The notes: generated from the sequence alone by a model not told the origin. Counted from the first letter of the stretch, positions 40,193 to 50,356 are shown. The stretch: DNA of 64,000 bases from an uncultured Solirubrobacteraceae bacterium (GCA_964588985.1 CAZPQW010000009.1:60459-124458), one strand, 5' to 3'. Translations and numbers: made by a program.

Positions 40193-41013
40193 GGCTCCAC
40201 CTCACGGGCGAGACGCTCGAGCTCCTGCGCGTCGCGCGCGCCGCTGCGCTCGGCCGGGTCTGCGAGCCAGATGAACGTCTCGCGATTGCCCTTCGGCCCC
40301 GGCAGGCCGGAGGAGTGGTATCCGAGCACGGCGGCGCCGAACTCGAGCGCGCTCGTCCCGACCGCGACGAGCGCCGCGCGACGGTCGTCCGGGTCGCGCA
40401 CGACCCCGCCTTTGCCGACCCGTCCGCGGCCGACCTCGAACTGCGGCTTGACGAGCGCGAGCACGTCATAGCCGTCTCCGAGACAGCCCAGAACGGCGCC
40501 GAGGATCTTCTCGAGCGAGATGAACGACACGTCGATGGTGGCCATGTCGGGGAGCCCGTCAGGCGCTCCGTCAATCGGCGGCGGCAGCATCCCGGGGGTG
40601 AGCAAGCGCGCGTTGGTGCGCTCCATGACCGCGACGCGCGGATCGATCCGCAGGCGGTAGTCGAGCGTTCCGTAGCCGACGTCGACGGCGATCACCTCAC
40701 GCGCGCCGCGCTGGAGCAGGCAGTCTGTGAAGCCGCCGGTGGAGGCGCCCACGTCGAGCGCTCGACGGCCATCCACGTCGAGCCCGCACGCGGCGAGCGC
40801 GTTGGCGAGCTTGACTCCGCCGCGGGAGACGAACGCGGGGCGCTCCTGCACGCGCAGCAGCTCCTCCACGTCGACGAGCTCGCTCGGCTTGACCGCGCGG
40901 CGCTCGCCCACGCCGACGTGTACCTCGCCGGCCATCACCGACGCGGCCGCCCGGCTGCGCGACGGGAACAGACCCCGCTCGGCCAGCAGCGTGTCGAGTC
41001 GGCGCTTCTCCAT
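40189..41013 (-). CDS. tlyA: TlyA family rRNA 2'-O-methyltransferase
   Basis: S4 domain, VSRGGVKL, DVGASTGGFTD, LVKPQFE, GPKGNRE. Confidence 0.95.
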   Translation of the reverse strand: MEKRRLDTLLAERGLFPSRSRAAASVMAGEVHVGVGERRAVKPSELVDVEELLRVQERPAFVSRGGVKLANALAACGLDVDGRRALDVGASTGGFTDCLLQRGAREVIAVDVGYGTLDYRLRIDPRVAVMERTNARLLTPGMLPPPIDGAPDGLPDMATIDVSFISLEKILGAVLGCLGDGYDVLALVKPQFEVGRGRVGKGGVVRDPDDRRAALVAVGTSALEFGAAVLGYHSSGLPGPKGNRETFIWLADPAERSGARDAQELERLAREVEP

Positions 41014-41072
41014 CCTGGTCGAACCCTTACACACAAATGCGCCCGGTGCGCGCATTGAGAGGTTCAGTGCTT

Positions 41073-41108
41073 AAAAGAAACGGCCCGCCGGGGAAAGCGG
41101 GCCGTTTC
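41073..41108 (-). terminator. Intrinsic terminator downstream of dxs
   Basis: GAAACGGCCCGC / GCGGGCCGTTTC stem followed by TTTT on the minus strand. Confidence 0.8.
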
Positions 41109-41172
41109 GGGGAGGAGGGATTCAGGAGAGATGATGTTGCACTCTCGATCACTCATCATGATGCCCGTCTCC

Positions 41173-43164
41173 TCAGGCGAAGTGTGTGATATCGCGCACA
41201 GAAGGGTCTGCGAGTGCGGCGGTCACGCGCTCGGCGATCCGCTCGCCGGTGTAGCCGACCTCCTCGTACAGCAGCGCGGGCTTGCCGTGCGTGACGTAGT
41301 GGTCGGGCAGACCCACGCGCAGGATGCGTGGAGTCGAGCCGGTCTCGTTCAGGGTCTCCCACACGGCGGTGCCGAAGCCGCCGGCGAGCGCGCCCTCCTC
41401 GACCGTCACGAGCAGGTCGTGCTCGGCCGCCAGTTGCGCCATCAGGCCGGCGTCGATTGGCTTCGCGAAGCGCGCGTCGGCGACCGTCACGGCGATGTCT
41501 CGGCTCTCCAGCAGCTCGGCCGCCTCGAGTGCCTTGCCGACGCCGCTGCCGTAGCCGATCAACGCCACGCGCGTGCCCGCCTGTGCGGCGTCCGCCGAGG
41601 GCTTCGCCTCGCGAAGGATCTCACCGGTGCCGATCGCGATCGGCACGCCTTCGCTCGGCAGCGGCGTGCCGATGCCTTCACCGCGCGGATAGCGCAGCGC
41701 GATGGGACCGTCGTCGTATTCGAGCGCTGTGCGCAGCATGTGCACCAGCATCGCCTCGTCGCGGGGCGCCATCAGCACGATGTTCGGCAGGCAGCGCAGG
41801 TAGGAGATGTCGAATGCTCCGTGGTGGGTCGGGCCGTCGTCGCCGACGAGTCCCGCGCGGTCCATCGCGAACACCACGTTGAGGCTCTGCAGACACACGT
41901 CGTGCACGATCTGGTCGTACGCGCGCTGCAGGAACGTGGAGTAGATCGCCGCCACCGGCTTGACCCCCTCGAGCGCGAGGCCCGCGGCAAACAGGATCGC
42001 CTGCTGCTCGGCGATCCCCACGTCGAAGTAGCGCTCCGGCATCGCCGCCTGCAGGATGTTCAGCCCGGTGCCGGAGTTCATCGCCGCGGTGATCCCCACG
42101 ACCCGCTCGTCGCGTTCGCATTCGCGCACCAGCGCCTCGCCGAAGACCTGCGTGTACTGCGGCGGGGGCGGCTTGACGATCCGCGCGCCGGCGCCCTCGA
42201 CGACCTTCGGAGCACGGGTCGGGGAGCCGTTGAGGATCGATTTCGGCTTCGCCGCGTGCCACTTCTCCATACCCTCCAGGCCACCGTCCTCGGCGGGCGC
42301 GAAGCCCTTACCCTTGACCGTCGCGATGTGCACCACCACGGGACGCTCCGCGGCGAGCGCCTCGCGCAGCGCCTCGCGCAGCACGCGCACATCGTGACCG
42401 TCCACGACGCCCATGTAGGCCCAGTCGAGCTCCTCCCACCACAGGCCGGGGGCCCAGAACGCCTTGATCGACTCCTTCAGGTGCGGCCCCAGACGCTCGA
42501 ACGCGGAGCCGATCCCACCCGGCAGGCGCGTGAGTCCGCCCTCCACTCCCGAGCGGGCACGCCACAGCTTCGGGTTCAGCCGTACGCGGTTGAAGTAGCG
42601 CGACAGCGCCCCCACGTTCGGCGCGATCGACATACCGTTGTCGTTGAGGACCACCACGATCGGCGTTCCCAGGCCGCCCGCCTGACCGATCGCCTCGAAC
42701 GCCACGCCTCCAGTCATCGCTCCGTCGCCGATCACCGCGACGACCTTGCCGTCCTCACCCCCGCCGTGCTGGCGCATGCCCTCCTTGATGCCGACCGCGT
42801 AGCCGATCGACGTCGAGGCGTGACCGGCGCCCATGATGTCGTGCGGCGACTCCGCGATCGAGCAGAACGGCGCGAGGCCGCCGTATTGGCGGATCGTCTC
42901 CAGCTCATCGCGCCGGCCGGTGAGGACCTTGTGCGGGTAGGCCTGGTGGCCGACGTCCCAGAGGATCTTGTCCTTCGGCGATTCCAGCACCGAGTGCAGC
43001 GCCACCGCAAGCTCGCACGTGCCGAGGTTCGCGCCGAAGTGACCGCCGATCTCCCCGACGGTGTCGATGATGTGCTCGCGCACCTCCTGGGCGAGCTGTG
43101 CGAGCTCCTGCTCTGAGAGGGCTCGCAGGTCCTCGGGACCGTCGATGTTCTCGAGCAGGCTCAT
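41173..43164 (-). CDS. dxs: 1-deoxy-D-xylulose-5-phosphate synthase
   Basis: GGHFGANLG, WDVGHQAYPHK, GDGAMTGG, DVGIAEQ, DGPTHHG. Confidence 0.97.
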   Translation of the reverse strand: MSLLENIDGPEDLRALSEQELAQLAQEVREHIIDTVGEIGGHFGANLGTCELAVALHSVLESPKDKILWDVGHQAYPHKVLTGRRDELETIRQYGGLAPFCSIAESPHDIMGAGHASTSIGYAVGIKEGMRQHGGGEDGKVVAVIGDGAMTGGVAFEAIGQAGGLGTPIVVVLNDNGMSIAPNVGALSRYFNRVRLNPKLWRARSGVEGGLTRLPGGIGSAFERLGPHLKESIKAFWAPGLWWEELDWAYMGVVDGHDVRVLREALREALAAERPVVVHIATVKGKGFAPAEDGGLEGMEKWHAAKPKSILNGSPTRAPKVVEGAGARIVKPPPPQYTQVFGEALVRECERDERVVGITAAMNSGTGLNILQAAMPERYFDVGIAEQQAILFAAGLALEGVKPVAAIYSTFLQRAYDQIVHDVCLQSLNVVFAMDRAGLVGDDGPTHHGAFDISYLRCLPNIVLMAPRDEAMLVHMLRTALEYDDGPIALRYPRGEGIGTPLPSEGVPIAIGTGEILREAKPSADAAQAGTRVALIGYGSGVGKALEAAELLESRDIAVTVADARFAKPIDAGLMAQLAAEHDLLVTVEEGALAGGFGTAVWETLNETGSTPRILRVGLPDHYVTHGKPALLYEEVGYTGERIAERVTAALADPSVRDITHFA

Positions 43165-44078
43165 GAGGTGCGTGTGTAGATGAAGTCCGCGATGCCCTCG
43201 AGCTCGGCCGTTGCGGAGGCCCCGCCGGCGCCGTTGCCGGCGAGCGCCGCCCGGTCGGCGACTTCGCCCAGCGCCTGACGGACCATGCGGTAGGACTCTC
43301 CCGCCAGCTCTCTTGCCCGCTCCATGCCGAACTCGCTCACGTACGTACGCTTCCCGTGACGCTCATCGCTACCTCGTGGCTTTCCAAGTGCATCGTCGGT
43401 GCCAGTCACATCGAGTATGTCGTCGACGATCTGGAACAGTACGCCCAACTCCGCCGCGAAACTGCGGAAGGGCGCTGTGTCCGGACCGTCTTCGCTCCCA
43501 GACAACAGTAGTACGCACAGCACGGAGGCCCCGATCAGACGTCCAGTCTTCAGCTCGTGCAGCCGTCGCAGCGCGCCCGCGCCCGATGGTCGTTGCGGGC
43601 TCACGTCCGCGTACTGCCCGCCGACCATGCCGTTCACGCCCGTCGCCGCGGTCAACTCGGCGGCCGCCGCGAGCACGCGCTCGGGCGCGGCGCGCTGCTG
43701 GGTGAGGAGGTGGTGGAACGCCTCCGCGTACAGCCCGTCGCCCGCGAGGATCGCGACGCCCTCGCCGAACTTCACGTGGCAGGTGGGCTGACCGCGACGT
43801 AAATCGTCGTCGTCCATCGCCGGCAGGTCGTCGTGGATCAGCGAGTAGGTGTGGATCAGCTCGATCGCTCCCGCGAGCGGCAGCACGTCCGCCTGCTCGA
43901 TCCCCACCGCGCGTGCGGTCGCGAGCGTCAGCACGGGCCTGATGCGCTTGCCGCCGGCGAGCAGCGAGTAGCGCATCGCCTCCACCAGGCCCTCGGTGAG
44001 CGCCTGCTCGGAGAAGCGCATGCCCTCCAGGTAGCGCTCGACCTCCTCGCGCAGATGCTCCGGGTAGCTGGCGCTCAC
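43161..44078 (-). CDS. ispA: Polyprenyl (farnesyl) diphosphate synthase
   Basis: GGKRIRP, SLIHDDLPAMDDDDLRRG, FQIVDDILD. Confidence 0.92.
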   Translation of the reverse strand: MSASYPEHLREEVERYLEGMRFSEQALTEGLVEAMRYSLLAGGKRIRPVLTLATARAVGIEQADVLPLAGAIELIHTYSLIHDDLPAMDDDDLRRGQPTCHVKFGEGVAILAGDGLYAEAFHHLLTQQRAAPERVLAAAAELTAATGVNGMVGGQYADVSPQRPSGAGALRRLHELKTGRLIGASVLCVLLLSGSEDGPDTAPFRSFAAELGVLFQIVDDILDVTGTDDALGKPRGSDERHGKRTYVSEFGMERARELAGESYRMVRQALGEVADRAALAGNGAGGASATAELEGIADFIYTRTS

Positions 44079-44101
44079 GGTCTCCAGGACAAGCGGCGGG
44101 C

Positions 44102-44308
44102 TTATAGAAGCGTGTCTTGGCCGGGCGCGGGCGCGAACGCCTCGGCGTGCGTGAGCTGCTCGAGCTCCGCCGCCGCCTGCGTCGCCAGCGAGGCGCAGTC
44201 CTCGACCATCGTCGCGGCTGCGTCGGGCGAGAGCTCGCCCGAGCGCAGCTGCTCGGCGGCGCGCTCCAAGCGCGCGATCAGATCGTCAAGTCGCTCAACG
44301 CTGCTCAT
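44102..44308 (-). CDS. xseB: Exodeoxyribonuclease VII small subunit
   Basis: 68-aa helical protein (RLE...LRSGELSPD); position between nusB and ispA. Confidence 0.6.
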   Translation of the reverse strand: MSSVERLDDLIARLERAAEQLRSGELSPDAAATMVEDCASLATQAAAELEQLTHAEAFAPAPGQDTLL

Positions 44309-44715
44309 CGGATCTGCGCATTCTCGCGCACCTCGCGGAGGACTGCGGCGAGCACCCCGTTGACGAACCCCGGAGCGTCCGAGCCGCAGAACGTCTTCGC
44401 GCTCTCCACAGCCTCCTCGATCGCGCCCTCCGGCGGTATCGGCTCATCCGCGGGCGCCGCGTCGGGGTGCAGGATCTCGACGAGCGCCACGCGCATGATG
44501 CTGCGCTCGAGCGGCTGGATCCGCTCCACCGACCAGCCGTGCGCGTGACGGTCGATGACCGCGTCGAGCTCCTCCGCGCGGTCGGCCGCCGCGTGCGCCA
44601 GCGCGCGCGCGAACAGCGACGCGTTCGGGCCAAGCGTCTCAACGAGCGGTCTGCCGGTCAGGTCGTGCTGGTAGAGCGCTATCACCGCTGCCCTGCGCTG
44701 ATCGGAGCGGCGCAT
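44305..44715 (-). CDS. nusB: Transcription antitermination factor NusB
   Basis: RRAAVIALYQ, WSVERI..LERSIMR, AIEEAVE.AK, FVNGVL. Confidence 0.93.
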   Translation of the reverse strand: MRRSDQRRAAVIALYQHDLTGRPLVETLGPNASLFARALAHAAADRAEELDAVIDRHAHGWSVERIQPLERSIMRVALVEILHPDAAPADEPIPPEGAIEEAVESAKTFCGSDAPGFVNGVLAAVLREVRENAQIR

Positions 44716-44731
44716 CAGGAGGCTCGGAGCA

Positions 44732-45292
44732 TCAGGAGCGAGCCATGTATTCGCCCGAGCGGGTGTCGACGCGGATCCGCGTCCCCTCCTCGACGAACAA
44801 AGGCACGTTGATCGTCGCTCCCGTCTCGAGCGTCGCAGGCTTCGTGCCGCCCCCTGAGACCGAGTCGCCGCGCAATCCAGGCTCTGTCTCGGTGACCTCG
44901 AGGTCGACCGAGCTCGGCAGCTGCAGGTCGGAAGGCTCGCCATCGATGAACAGCAGGTCCACCTCGCTGCTCGGCGTGATCCAGCGCAGCGCCTCCTCGA
45001 GCGTTTTTTCGGCCACCGCGATCTGCTCGAATGACTCGGTGTCCATGAAGTGCGCGTCGGCGCCGTCCGCGTAGAGGAACTGCATCTTGCGCGCCTCGGT
45101 GTGCACCGGACGGAACTTCTCGCCCGCCCTGAAGGTCCGGTCGATCACGTTGCCGTCGGAGGTTCGGCGCAGTTTGGTGCGCACGAACGCTCCGCCCTTG
45201 CCGGGCTTGACGTGCTGGAACTCGAGGATCTTGAAGATCGTCCCCTCGACCTCGATGTGGTTGCCGTTCTTGAACTGGTTGGTTGTGATCAC
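44732..45292 (-). CDS. efp: Elongation factor P
   Basis: HVKPGKGGAFVRTKL, PGLRGD, KPATLETG. Confidence 0.97.
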   Translation of the reverse strand: MITTNQFKNGNHIEVEGTIFKILEFQHVKPGKGGAFVRTKLRRTSDGNVIDRTFRAGEKFRPVHTEARKMQFLYADGADAHFMDTESFEQIAVAEKTLEEALRWITPSSEVDLLFIDGEPSDLQLPSSVDLEVTETEPGLRGDSVSGGGTKPATLETGATINVPLFVEEGTRIRVDTRSGEYMARS

Positions 45293-45367
45293 GGAATGTC
45301 ACAGTAGCGGGAGAGCACTCATGAAAGCAGGTGCAGCACCTCGTGCGTTGGGTGCTACACTTGCTCG

Positions 45368-45631
45368 ATGCCGACGACCCGTCCTCGCTACACGATCACG
45401 GACACCGGCTCCATCAGCGCGCTGCTGGACGATGCCCATCGTCAATGGCCGGAGGTCGCAGATCGCAAGGAGCTGCTGCTGCGTTTGGCGCAGGCAGGCC
45501 ACGACTCGCTGCACCTGGACCGAGCCGAAGCCGAGGAGAGCAATCGTCGGGAGCGACAGTGCGCGGCGCTCACAAATCTGCAGCGCACCGTTGATTGGGA
45601 TGCGATCAGGGACGACCAGGCATGGGCCTAG
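45368..45631 (+). CDS. Putative VapB-type antitoxin
   Basis: 87 aa, MPTTRPRYTIT N-terminus, overlaps the downstream PIN gene. Confidence 0.65.
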   Translation: MPTTRPRYTITDTGSISALLDDAHRQWPEVADRKELLLRLAQAGHDSLHLDRAEAEESNRRERQCAALTNLQRTVDWDAIRDDQAWA

Positions 45632-46002
45632 GCGGGCTGCTGCTCGCTGACAAGTCGGCACTGGAGCGGGCCACCCCGGACACGCTCGAGCTTGGAGAGA
45701 TCTGCGTGTGCGCAGTCGTTCGTCTCGAGATGCTCTACAGCGCCCGGAGCCCTGACGACTACACGACGATCCAGGACAGCCTCTCGGCCTTTCGCGAGCT
45801 GAGCGTAAACGCTGAGACGATCCTCACCGCGATGACGGCACACCGAGAACTCGGGCAGAAAGGCCGCCACCGCCTTCCCATCCCCGATCTCCTCATTGCC
45901 GCCTGCGCCCAGCAACACCAAGCCGCAGTACTCCACGTCGACCGCCACTACGACGTGCTCGCCGAAGTGCTGGCCTTCGAGCCCGTACGACTCGAGGTCT
46001 AG
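45622..46002 (+). CDS. vapC: PIN-domain (VapC) toxin
   Basis: LADKSA, LEMLYSAR, PDLLIAA, LHVDRHY acidic PIN residues. Confidence 0.88.
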   Translation: MGLGGLLLADKSALERATPDTLELGEICVCAVVRLEMLYSARSPDDYTTIQDSLSAFRELSVNAETILTAMTAHRELGQKGRHRLPIPDLLIAACAQQHQAAVLHVDRHYDVLAEVLAFEPVRLEV

Positions 46003-46011
46003 GCTTAGAGC

Positions 46012-46446
46012 ATGGACGAGGATGCAGCAGCTGACTTCGCCACGCGCTTCACCCACTTCTGGCAGGCGCCGGCCACCGAGCGCCTCGGCACGCTGATCGC
46101 GCCCGACGCGCGCCTCTCCGCGCCCATGATCCCCACCACGGTCGGGCTGGAGGCGGGCAAGCGCGCGTTCGCGGACCTGTTCGAGCTGATCCCCGACATG
46201 ACCGCCGAGGTCCACCGTTGGGGCGCCACCTCCGACGGCGTGCTGATCGAGTTCACCGTTCACGGCACCGCCGGCGGGTCCCCCATCTCTTGGCATTCGG
46301 TCGACCGCTTCGTGCTCGACGACGCCGGGCTCGCGACCGAACGGTTCACCTACTTCGACTCCCTGCCGCTGATCCTGGCCGTGATACGCCGCCCTCGCGC
46401 GTGGCCGGGGTTCGTGCGCAACCAGCTCAAGCAGTTGCGACGCTGA
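46012..46446 (+). CDS. SnoaL/NTF2-like protein
   Basis: VLIEFTVHGT..G.PISW.SVDRF...ERFTYFD. Confidence 0.8.
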   Translation: MDEDAAADFATRFTHFWQAPATERLGTLIAPDARLSAPMIPTTVGLEAGKRAFADLFELIPDMTAEVHRWGATSDGVLIEFTVHGTAGGSPISWHSVDRFVLDDAGLATERFTYFDSLPLILAVIRRPRAWPGFVRNQLKQLRR

Positions 46447-46464
46447 GCCAGCCTCGCGATCGGG

Positions 46465-47370
46465 CTACCCGGCCGCCACCAAGCTCCCCATGTCGACCCC
46501 GATCACCTTCAGTCGCCGGCTGAGCGCGTTGAACGCAAACGTGTTGGTGTCCTCCATCGTGTAGTCGAGGATCGCGTAGCGCTGGGGGTCCGCCCCTGGC
46601 GGCACGAGCACCTGCGCGGCGAGCGGGATCAGCTCTCCGAGGCGCTCGCCGATGCGCCTGCGAAGCGCCGGGTCCTTGGCCTTCTCGCGCAGGAACCACG
46701 TGCCGTAGGCCACGTGGCGATGCTCGTCCTGGGAGATCAGCTTGAACCCCTCCACCCAGCCCGGCAGGATGCCCTTGCGCTCCATGTAGTCGGTCAGGAA
46801 CCACTGCCCCGTCAGCGCGAGCGTTCCCTCGATGATCATGTGGTAGAGCGTCACGAAGTCGACCTTCGCCTCGATGTCGCGCGGGTTCTCGACGAGCCGC
46901 TGCCCCCAGTCCACGAGCACGCCGTCGAACAGCTCGACGAACGCGGGGGTGAGGTTCTCCCTTGCCCGCGCGAGGCGATCCTCGAACGTCCCGTCGATCC
47001 GCATCACCTGCTCGTAGAAGCGGTCGAAGTGCTGGGCGTGGCGAGCCTCGTCGACCTGCTGGGTGGTCAGGAACGCCTCCTCGCTCTGGCTCTCATACGC
47101 CATCACCAAGCCGGAGAACTGCGTCGTCACGCGCTCCTCGCCGATGAAGAACGACGCCAGGTTCCACGACATCTGCAGTCGAACCGCCGGGTCCATCGAC
47201 TCCCAGTCGAGCCGGTCCTGGGCCATGTCGATCGTGTGCGACTGCCAGTTCTGGCGCTCCCACAGCTCATACAGCTGCTGCGGCGTCATCAGCGTCACAG
47301 ACGCCAGCCTGGACTCGTCCACGATGGTCCCGACGTCTCCCTGGCTGGTGAGATCCAACAGCGACGGCAT
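46465..47370 (-). CDS. Ribonucleotide reductase R2-like ferritin-fold protein (R2lox-like)
   Basis: GEE, DEARH, IIEG, DEHRH dimetal ligands; Phe at the radical-Tyr position. Confidence 0.8.
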   Translation of the reverse strand: MPSLLDLTSQGDVGTIVDESRLASVTLMTPQQLYELWERQNWQSHTIDMAQDRLDWESMDPAVRLQMSWNLASFFIGEERVTTQFSGLVMAYESQSEEAFLTTQQVDEARHAQHFDRFYEQVMRIDGTFEDRLARARENLTPAFVELFDGVLVDWGQRLVENPRDIEAKVDFVTLYHMIIEGTLALTGQWFLTDYMERKGILPGWVEGFKLISQDEHRHVAYGTWFLREKAKDPALRRRIGERLGELIPLAAQVLVPPGADPQRYAILDYTMEDTNTFAFNALSRRLKVIGVDMGSLVAAG

Positions 47371-47453
47371 GATCGATCCTCTCTCCTCGAACGTTCGGCG
47401 TGAGCGGCTTCCCCGGCAAGCGAGATTACTCCCTTCGCAGGGCCGGAAATGGC

Positions 47454-47481
47454 TCAAGGCGCCCGTCGCTCGCGCCGATGC
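47454..47481 (+). promoter_or_regulatory. sigma28/WhiG-type promoter
   Basis: TCAA-N16-GCCGATGC, 6 nt before ATG 47488. Confidence 0.6.
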
Positions 47482-47487
47482 CTACAC

Positions 47488-48786
47488 ATGCGGCAAGCCC
47501 TGCGCGAGAACGCGCTGTGCGCGTTCGCGGCGATGACCGGCTGCGCGACGATCGCGTGGCTGGGGCTGTACGGCTTCGCCTGGAACGACTACGAACTTGA
47601 GGCGCAACCGTCCTTCGAAGCGCTCGAGCACGGCCACCTGCTGGAGTTCCTCAAGCTCGCCCCCGCCTATGGCGGCTCGCTCGTGGAGAGAGCCCCGTTC
47701 GCGCTGCTGCCCGGCCTCTGGGGCGGCGGCCAGCTCGCGGTCTACCGCATGGTCGCGCTCCCATGCCTGCTGGCCGCTGTCGTGCTCGCGGTCTGGCTGT
47801 GCGCGCGGATGCGCGCCGCCGGACACTCCACGCTCTCGCGCGCGGTCGCGCTGGGTGTGTGCGCGGCGAACCCGCTCACGCTACTCGCGCTCGAATACGG
47901 CCACCCCGAGGAGATCCTCGGCGGGTGTCTGTGCGTCGCGGCCGTGATCGTCGCCGGACGACCCTCGCTCGGTCGACGCCACGGCCTATGGGCCGGCGTG
48001 CTGCTTGGGCTTGCGATCGCCAACAAGCCGTGGGCGCTGCTGGCTGTCGGACCGGTGCTGCTGGCGCTCGTGACGAGCTCGGGAGCGTGGCCGTGGCGGC
48101 GGGCGATGATCTGCCTCGCGAGCACAGCGGCGGTGGCCGCGCTCGTTCTCGCGCCCCTCACGATCGTCTCCCGCGGTGGCATCGAGACGAGCGCCCTCGG
48201 GGTCCCCCCACAGGAAATCTTCCAGCCGTGGCAGCTGTGGTGGCTCCTCGGCTCCTCAAATCACGTGCATGCGGCGCAGGGCGGGGCGGCGCGAAGCGTG
48301 CCCGCGGACGCGCCTCTGAGCACCCGCCCCGAATGGCGTCTCTCCCCCGCGTGGCTGAGCGGCGTCGCTCACCCGCTGATCGTCCTGCTGGCCCTGCCGC
48401 TCACGCTGCTGGCCTGGCTGCGACGACGGCGCGTGGAGAACGTCTCGCTGCGGCTGCTCGCGCTGCTGCTTCTGCTGCGCTGCGTGCTCGATCCGTGGGA
48501 CATCTCCTACTACATGCTGCCGTTCGCGCTTGCGCTGCTCGCCTGGGAGGTCTCGGCGCACAGGTCCCGCCCGCCGGTGCTCGCGCTGGCGATCACGACG
48601 CTCGCCTGGATCAGCTTCCAGTGGCTGCCGGCGCACGTCTCCCCCGATGTCCAGTCGACCTTCTTCCTTGCCTGGTCGCTGCCCCTGGCGGGAGCGCTGG
48701 CCGCTCGACTGTTCGGCCCCGGGCGCCGGCGCCGGACGCGCAGCACGCAACCAGATCCGACGTGGATCTCGATGCCCGCGCGGTAG
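47488..48786 (+). CDS. GT-C (GT87/DUF2029-like) membrane glycosyltransferase
   Basis: Polytopic membrane protein; WNDY luminal loop, GHPEE, LAIANKPWA, DPWDISYY. Confidence 0.7.
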   Translation: MRQALRENALCAFAAMTGCATIAWLGLYGFAWNDYELEAQPSFEALEHGHLLEFLKLAPAYGGSLVERAPFALLPGLWGGGQLAVYRMVALPCLLAAVVLAVWLCARMRAAGHSTLSRAVALGVCAANPLTLLALEYGHPEEILGGCLCVAAVIVAGRPSLGRRHGLWAGVLLGLAIANKPWALLAVGPVLLALVTSSGAWPWRRAMICLASTAAVAALVLAPLTIVSRGGIETSALGVPPQEIFQPWQLWWLLGSSNHVHAAQGGAARSVPADAPLSTRPEWRLSPAWLSGVAHPLIVLLALPLTLLAWLRRRRVENVSLRLLALLLLLRCVLDPWDISYYMLPFALALLAWEVSAHRSRPPVLALAITTLAWISFQWLPAHVSPDVQSTFFLAWSLPLAGALAARLFGPGRRRRTRSTQPDPTWISMPAR

Positions 48787-48788
48787 CT

Positions 48789-49898
48789 TCAGGAGACGAC
48801 CGTCAGCTCCTTCGACAGCCCGGTCAGGACGTCCGGGCCCAGCTCGCCCACGACCGCCAGGTCCTCGATCCGCACCCCGAGCTCGCCGGGCAGGTATATG
48901 CCGGGCTCGACCGTCACGACGTTGCCGATCACCAGCGGCTCCTCCGAGGCCGTCCGCGAGAGCCTCGGCGCCTCGTGGATCTCGAGGCCGACGCCGTGCC
49001 CGAGGCCGTGACCGAAGTGCTCGCCGTGGCCGGCCTGCTCGATCACCTGGCGCGCCACCGCGTCGAGGTCGCGTCCGCTGAGCCCGGCGGCGACCGCCGC
49101 GAGGCTCTGTTCCTGAGCGTCCAGCACGATCCCGTAGACCTCCTGCGCGAGCGCTGAGATCCCCTCGCCTGTGGCGTACGTGCGGGTGCAGTCCGAGCAG
49201 TAGCCGTCGAGCTGCGCGCCCCAGTCGATCGTCACGAGCACGTCGCGGGGGATCTCCTCCGCGCGTGGCTCGGCGTGTGGAAGCGCGCCATGCGCGCCCG
49301 CCGCGACGATCGAGGTGAAGCTCGGCGCCTCGGCGCCGAGGCGACGCATGCGCAGCTCGAGTTCGATCGCCACGTCGCGCTCGCTACGTCCCGTCAGCCC
49401 AATCTCGAGCACGCCGCGCAGAGCCTCGTCGGCGAGCTCGCTCGCCGCGCGGATCCGTGCGATCTCGCCCGGCTCCTTGACCGCGCGCAGCCGCTGCACC
49501 GCGGACGCGCACCCCACGAGCTCCCAGCCCTCCCCCAGCAGCTCCCCCAGGCGCGCGTGCGCCTTGACCGTCACGCTCGCGTCGTCGAACCCAAGCCTGC
49601 CCGCGTGTCCGGCGAGCGTCGCCGCCACCGCCTCTCCCAGCTCACCGGTGACGATCTCGCGCGCGAACGACGCAGGGACCTGCTCAGCAGACTGGGTGGT
49701 GTAGCGGAAGTCGGTGTAGAAGCGGTGCGGGCCCAACTCCGCGGCGAGGCTCGGTGCGAGCACAAGCGCAAGCCCGTTACTGCCGGTGAAGCCGGTCAGA
49801 TAGCGCACGTCGACGAGCGATTGCACCAGCAGCGCGTCCACCCCGAGATCGCCAAGCTCGCCCGCTAGGCGTTCGACACGCTCGGGACCGACGCTCAT
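48789..49898 (-). CDS. pepQ: Xaa-Pro aminopeptidase
   Basis: [45 protein letters not shown]. Confidence 0.93.
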   Translation of the reverse strand: MSVGPERVERLAGELGDLGVDALLVQSLVDVRYLTGFTGSNGLALVLAPSLAAELGPHRFYTDFRYTTQSAEQVPASFAREIVTGELGEAVAATLAGHAGRLGFDDASVTVKAHARLGELLGEGWELVGCASAVQRLRAVKEPGEIARIRAASELADEALRGVLEIGLTGRSERDVAIELELRMRRLGAEAPSFTSIVAAGAHGALPHAEPRAEEIPRDVLVTIDWGAQLDGYCSDCTRTYATGEGISALAQEVYGIVLDAQEQSLAAVAAGLSGRDLDAVARQVIEQAGHGEHFGHGLGHGVGLEIHEAPRLSRTASEEPLVIGNVVTVEPGIYLPGELGVRIEDLAVVGELGPDVLTGLSKELTVVS

Positions 49899-50356
49899 GC
49901 CGCGTCCCCGTCGAGATGCTCGCGTAGCTGTGCGAGCGCGTCGCTGTAGCCGTCGAAGCCGCGGCCCGAGATGGTCGCGAAACACAGCTCGTCGAACACC
50001 GAGAAGCGGCGCCACTGCTCGCGGTTCTGGACGTCTGAGATGTGTATCTCCAGGGCGGGCAGCTCGGCGATCTCGAGCGCGTCGCGGATCGCCCACGCGT
50101 AGTGCGTCCAGGAGCCGGCGTTGATCAGGATCGCATCCGCTTCGCCGCCGCGCAGCGAGTGCAGGTGCTCGACGAACGCGCCCTCGTGGTTGCTGTGGAA
50201 GAAGCCCGTGCTCATCTCAAGCGCCGCCGCCTCGCGCTCGATCCGCTGCTCGAGCTGAGCGAGCGTGAGCGTCCCGTACAGCAGCGGGTTGCGGTTGCCG
50301 AGCTGGTCGAGGTTGACCCCGTGCATAACCTCGATGCGGTGGCGAGCGGCGCTCAT
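49895..50356 (-). CDS. aroQ: Type II 3-dehydroquinate dehydratase
   Basis: HGVNLDQLG.R.P..YG, SNHEG, INAGSWTH, EIHISDV..RE. Confidence 0.93.
   Translation of the reverse strand: MSAARHRIEVMHGVNLDQLGNRNPLLYGTLTLAQLEQRIEREAAALEMSTGFFHSNHEGAFVEHLHSLRGGEADAILINAGSWTHYAWAIRDALEIAELPALEIHISDVQNREQWRRFSVFDELCFATISGRGFDGYSDALAQLREHLDGDAA

Noticed and set aside
41131-43116. 661-aa plus-strand ORF with an apparent RBS
   Set aside because: Antisense to dxs; the G/A-rich apparent RBS is the complement of the C-rich tract discussed as an sRNA seed
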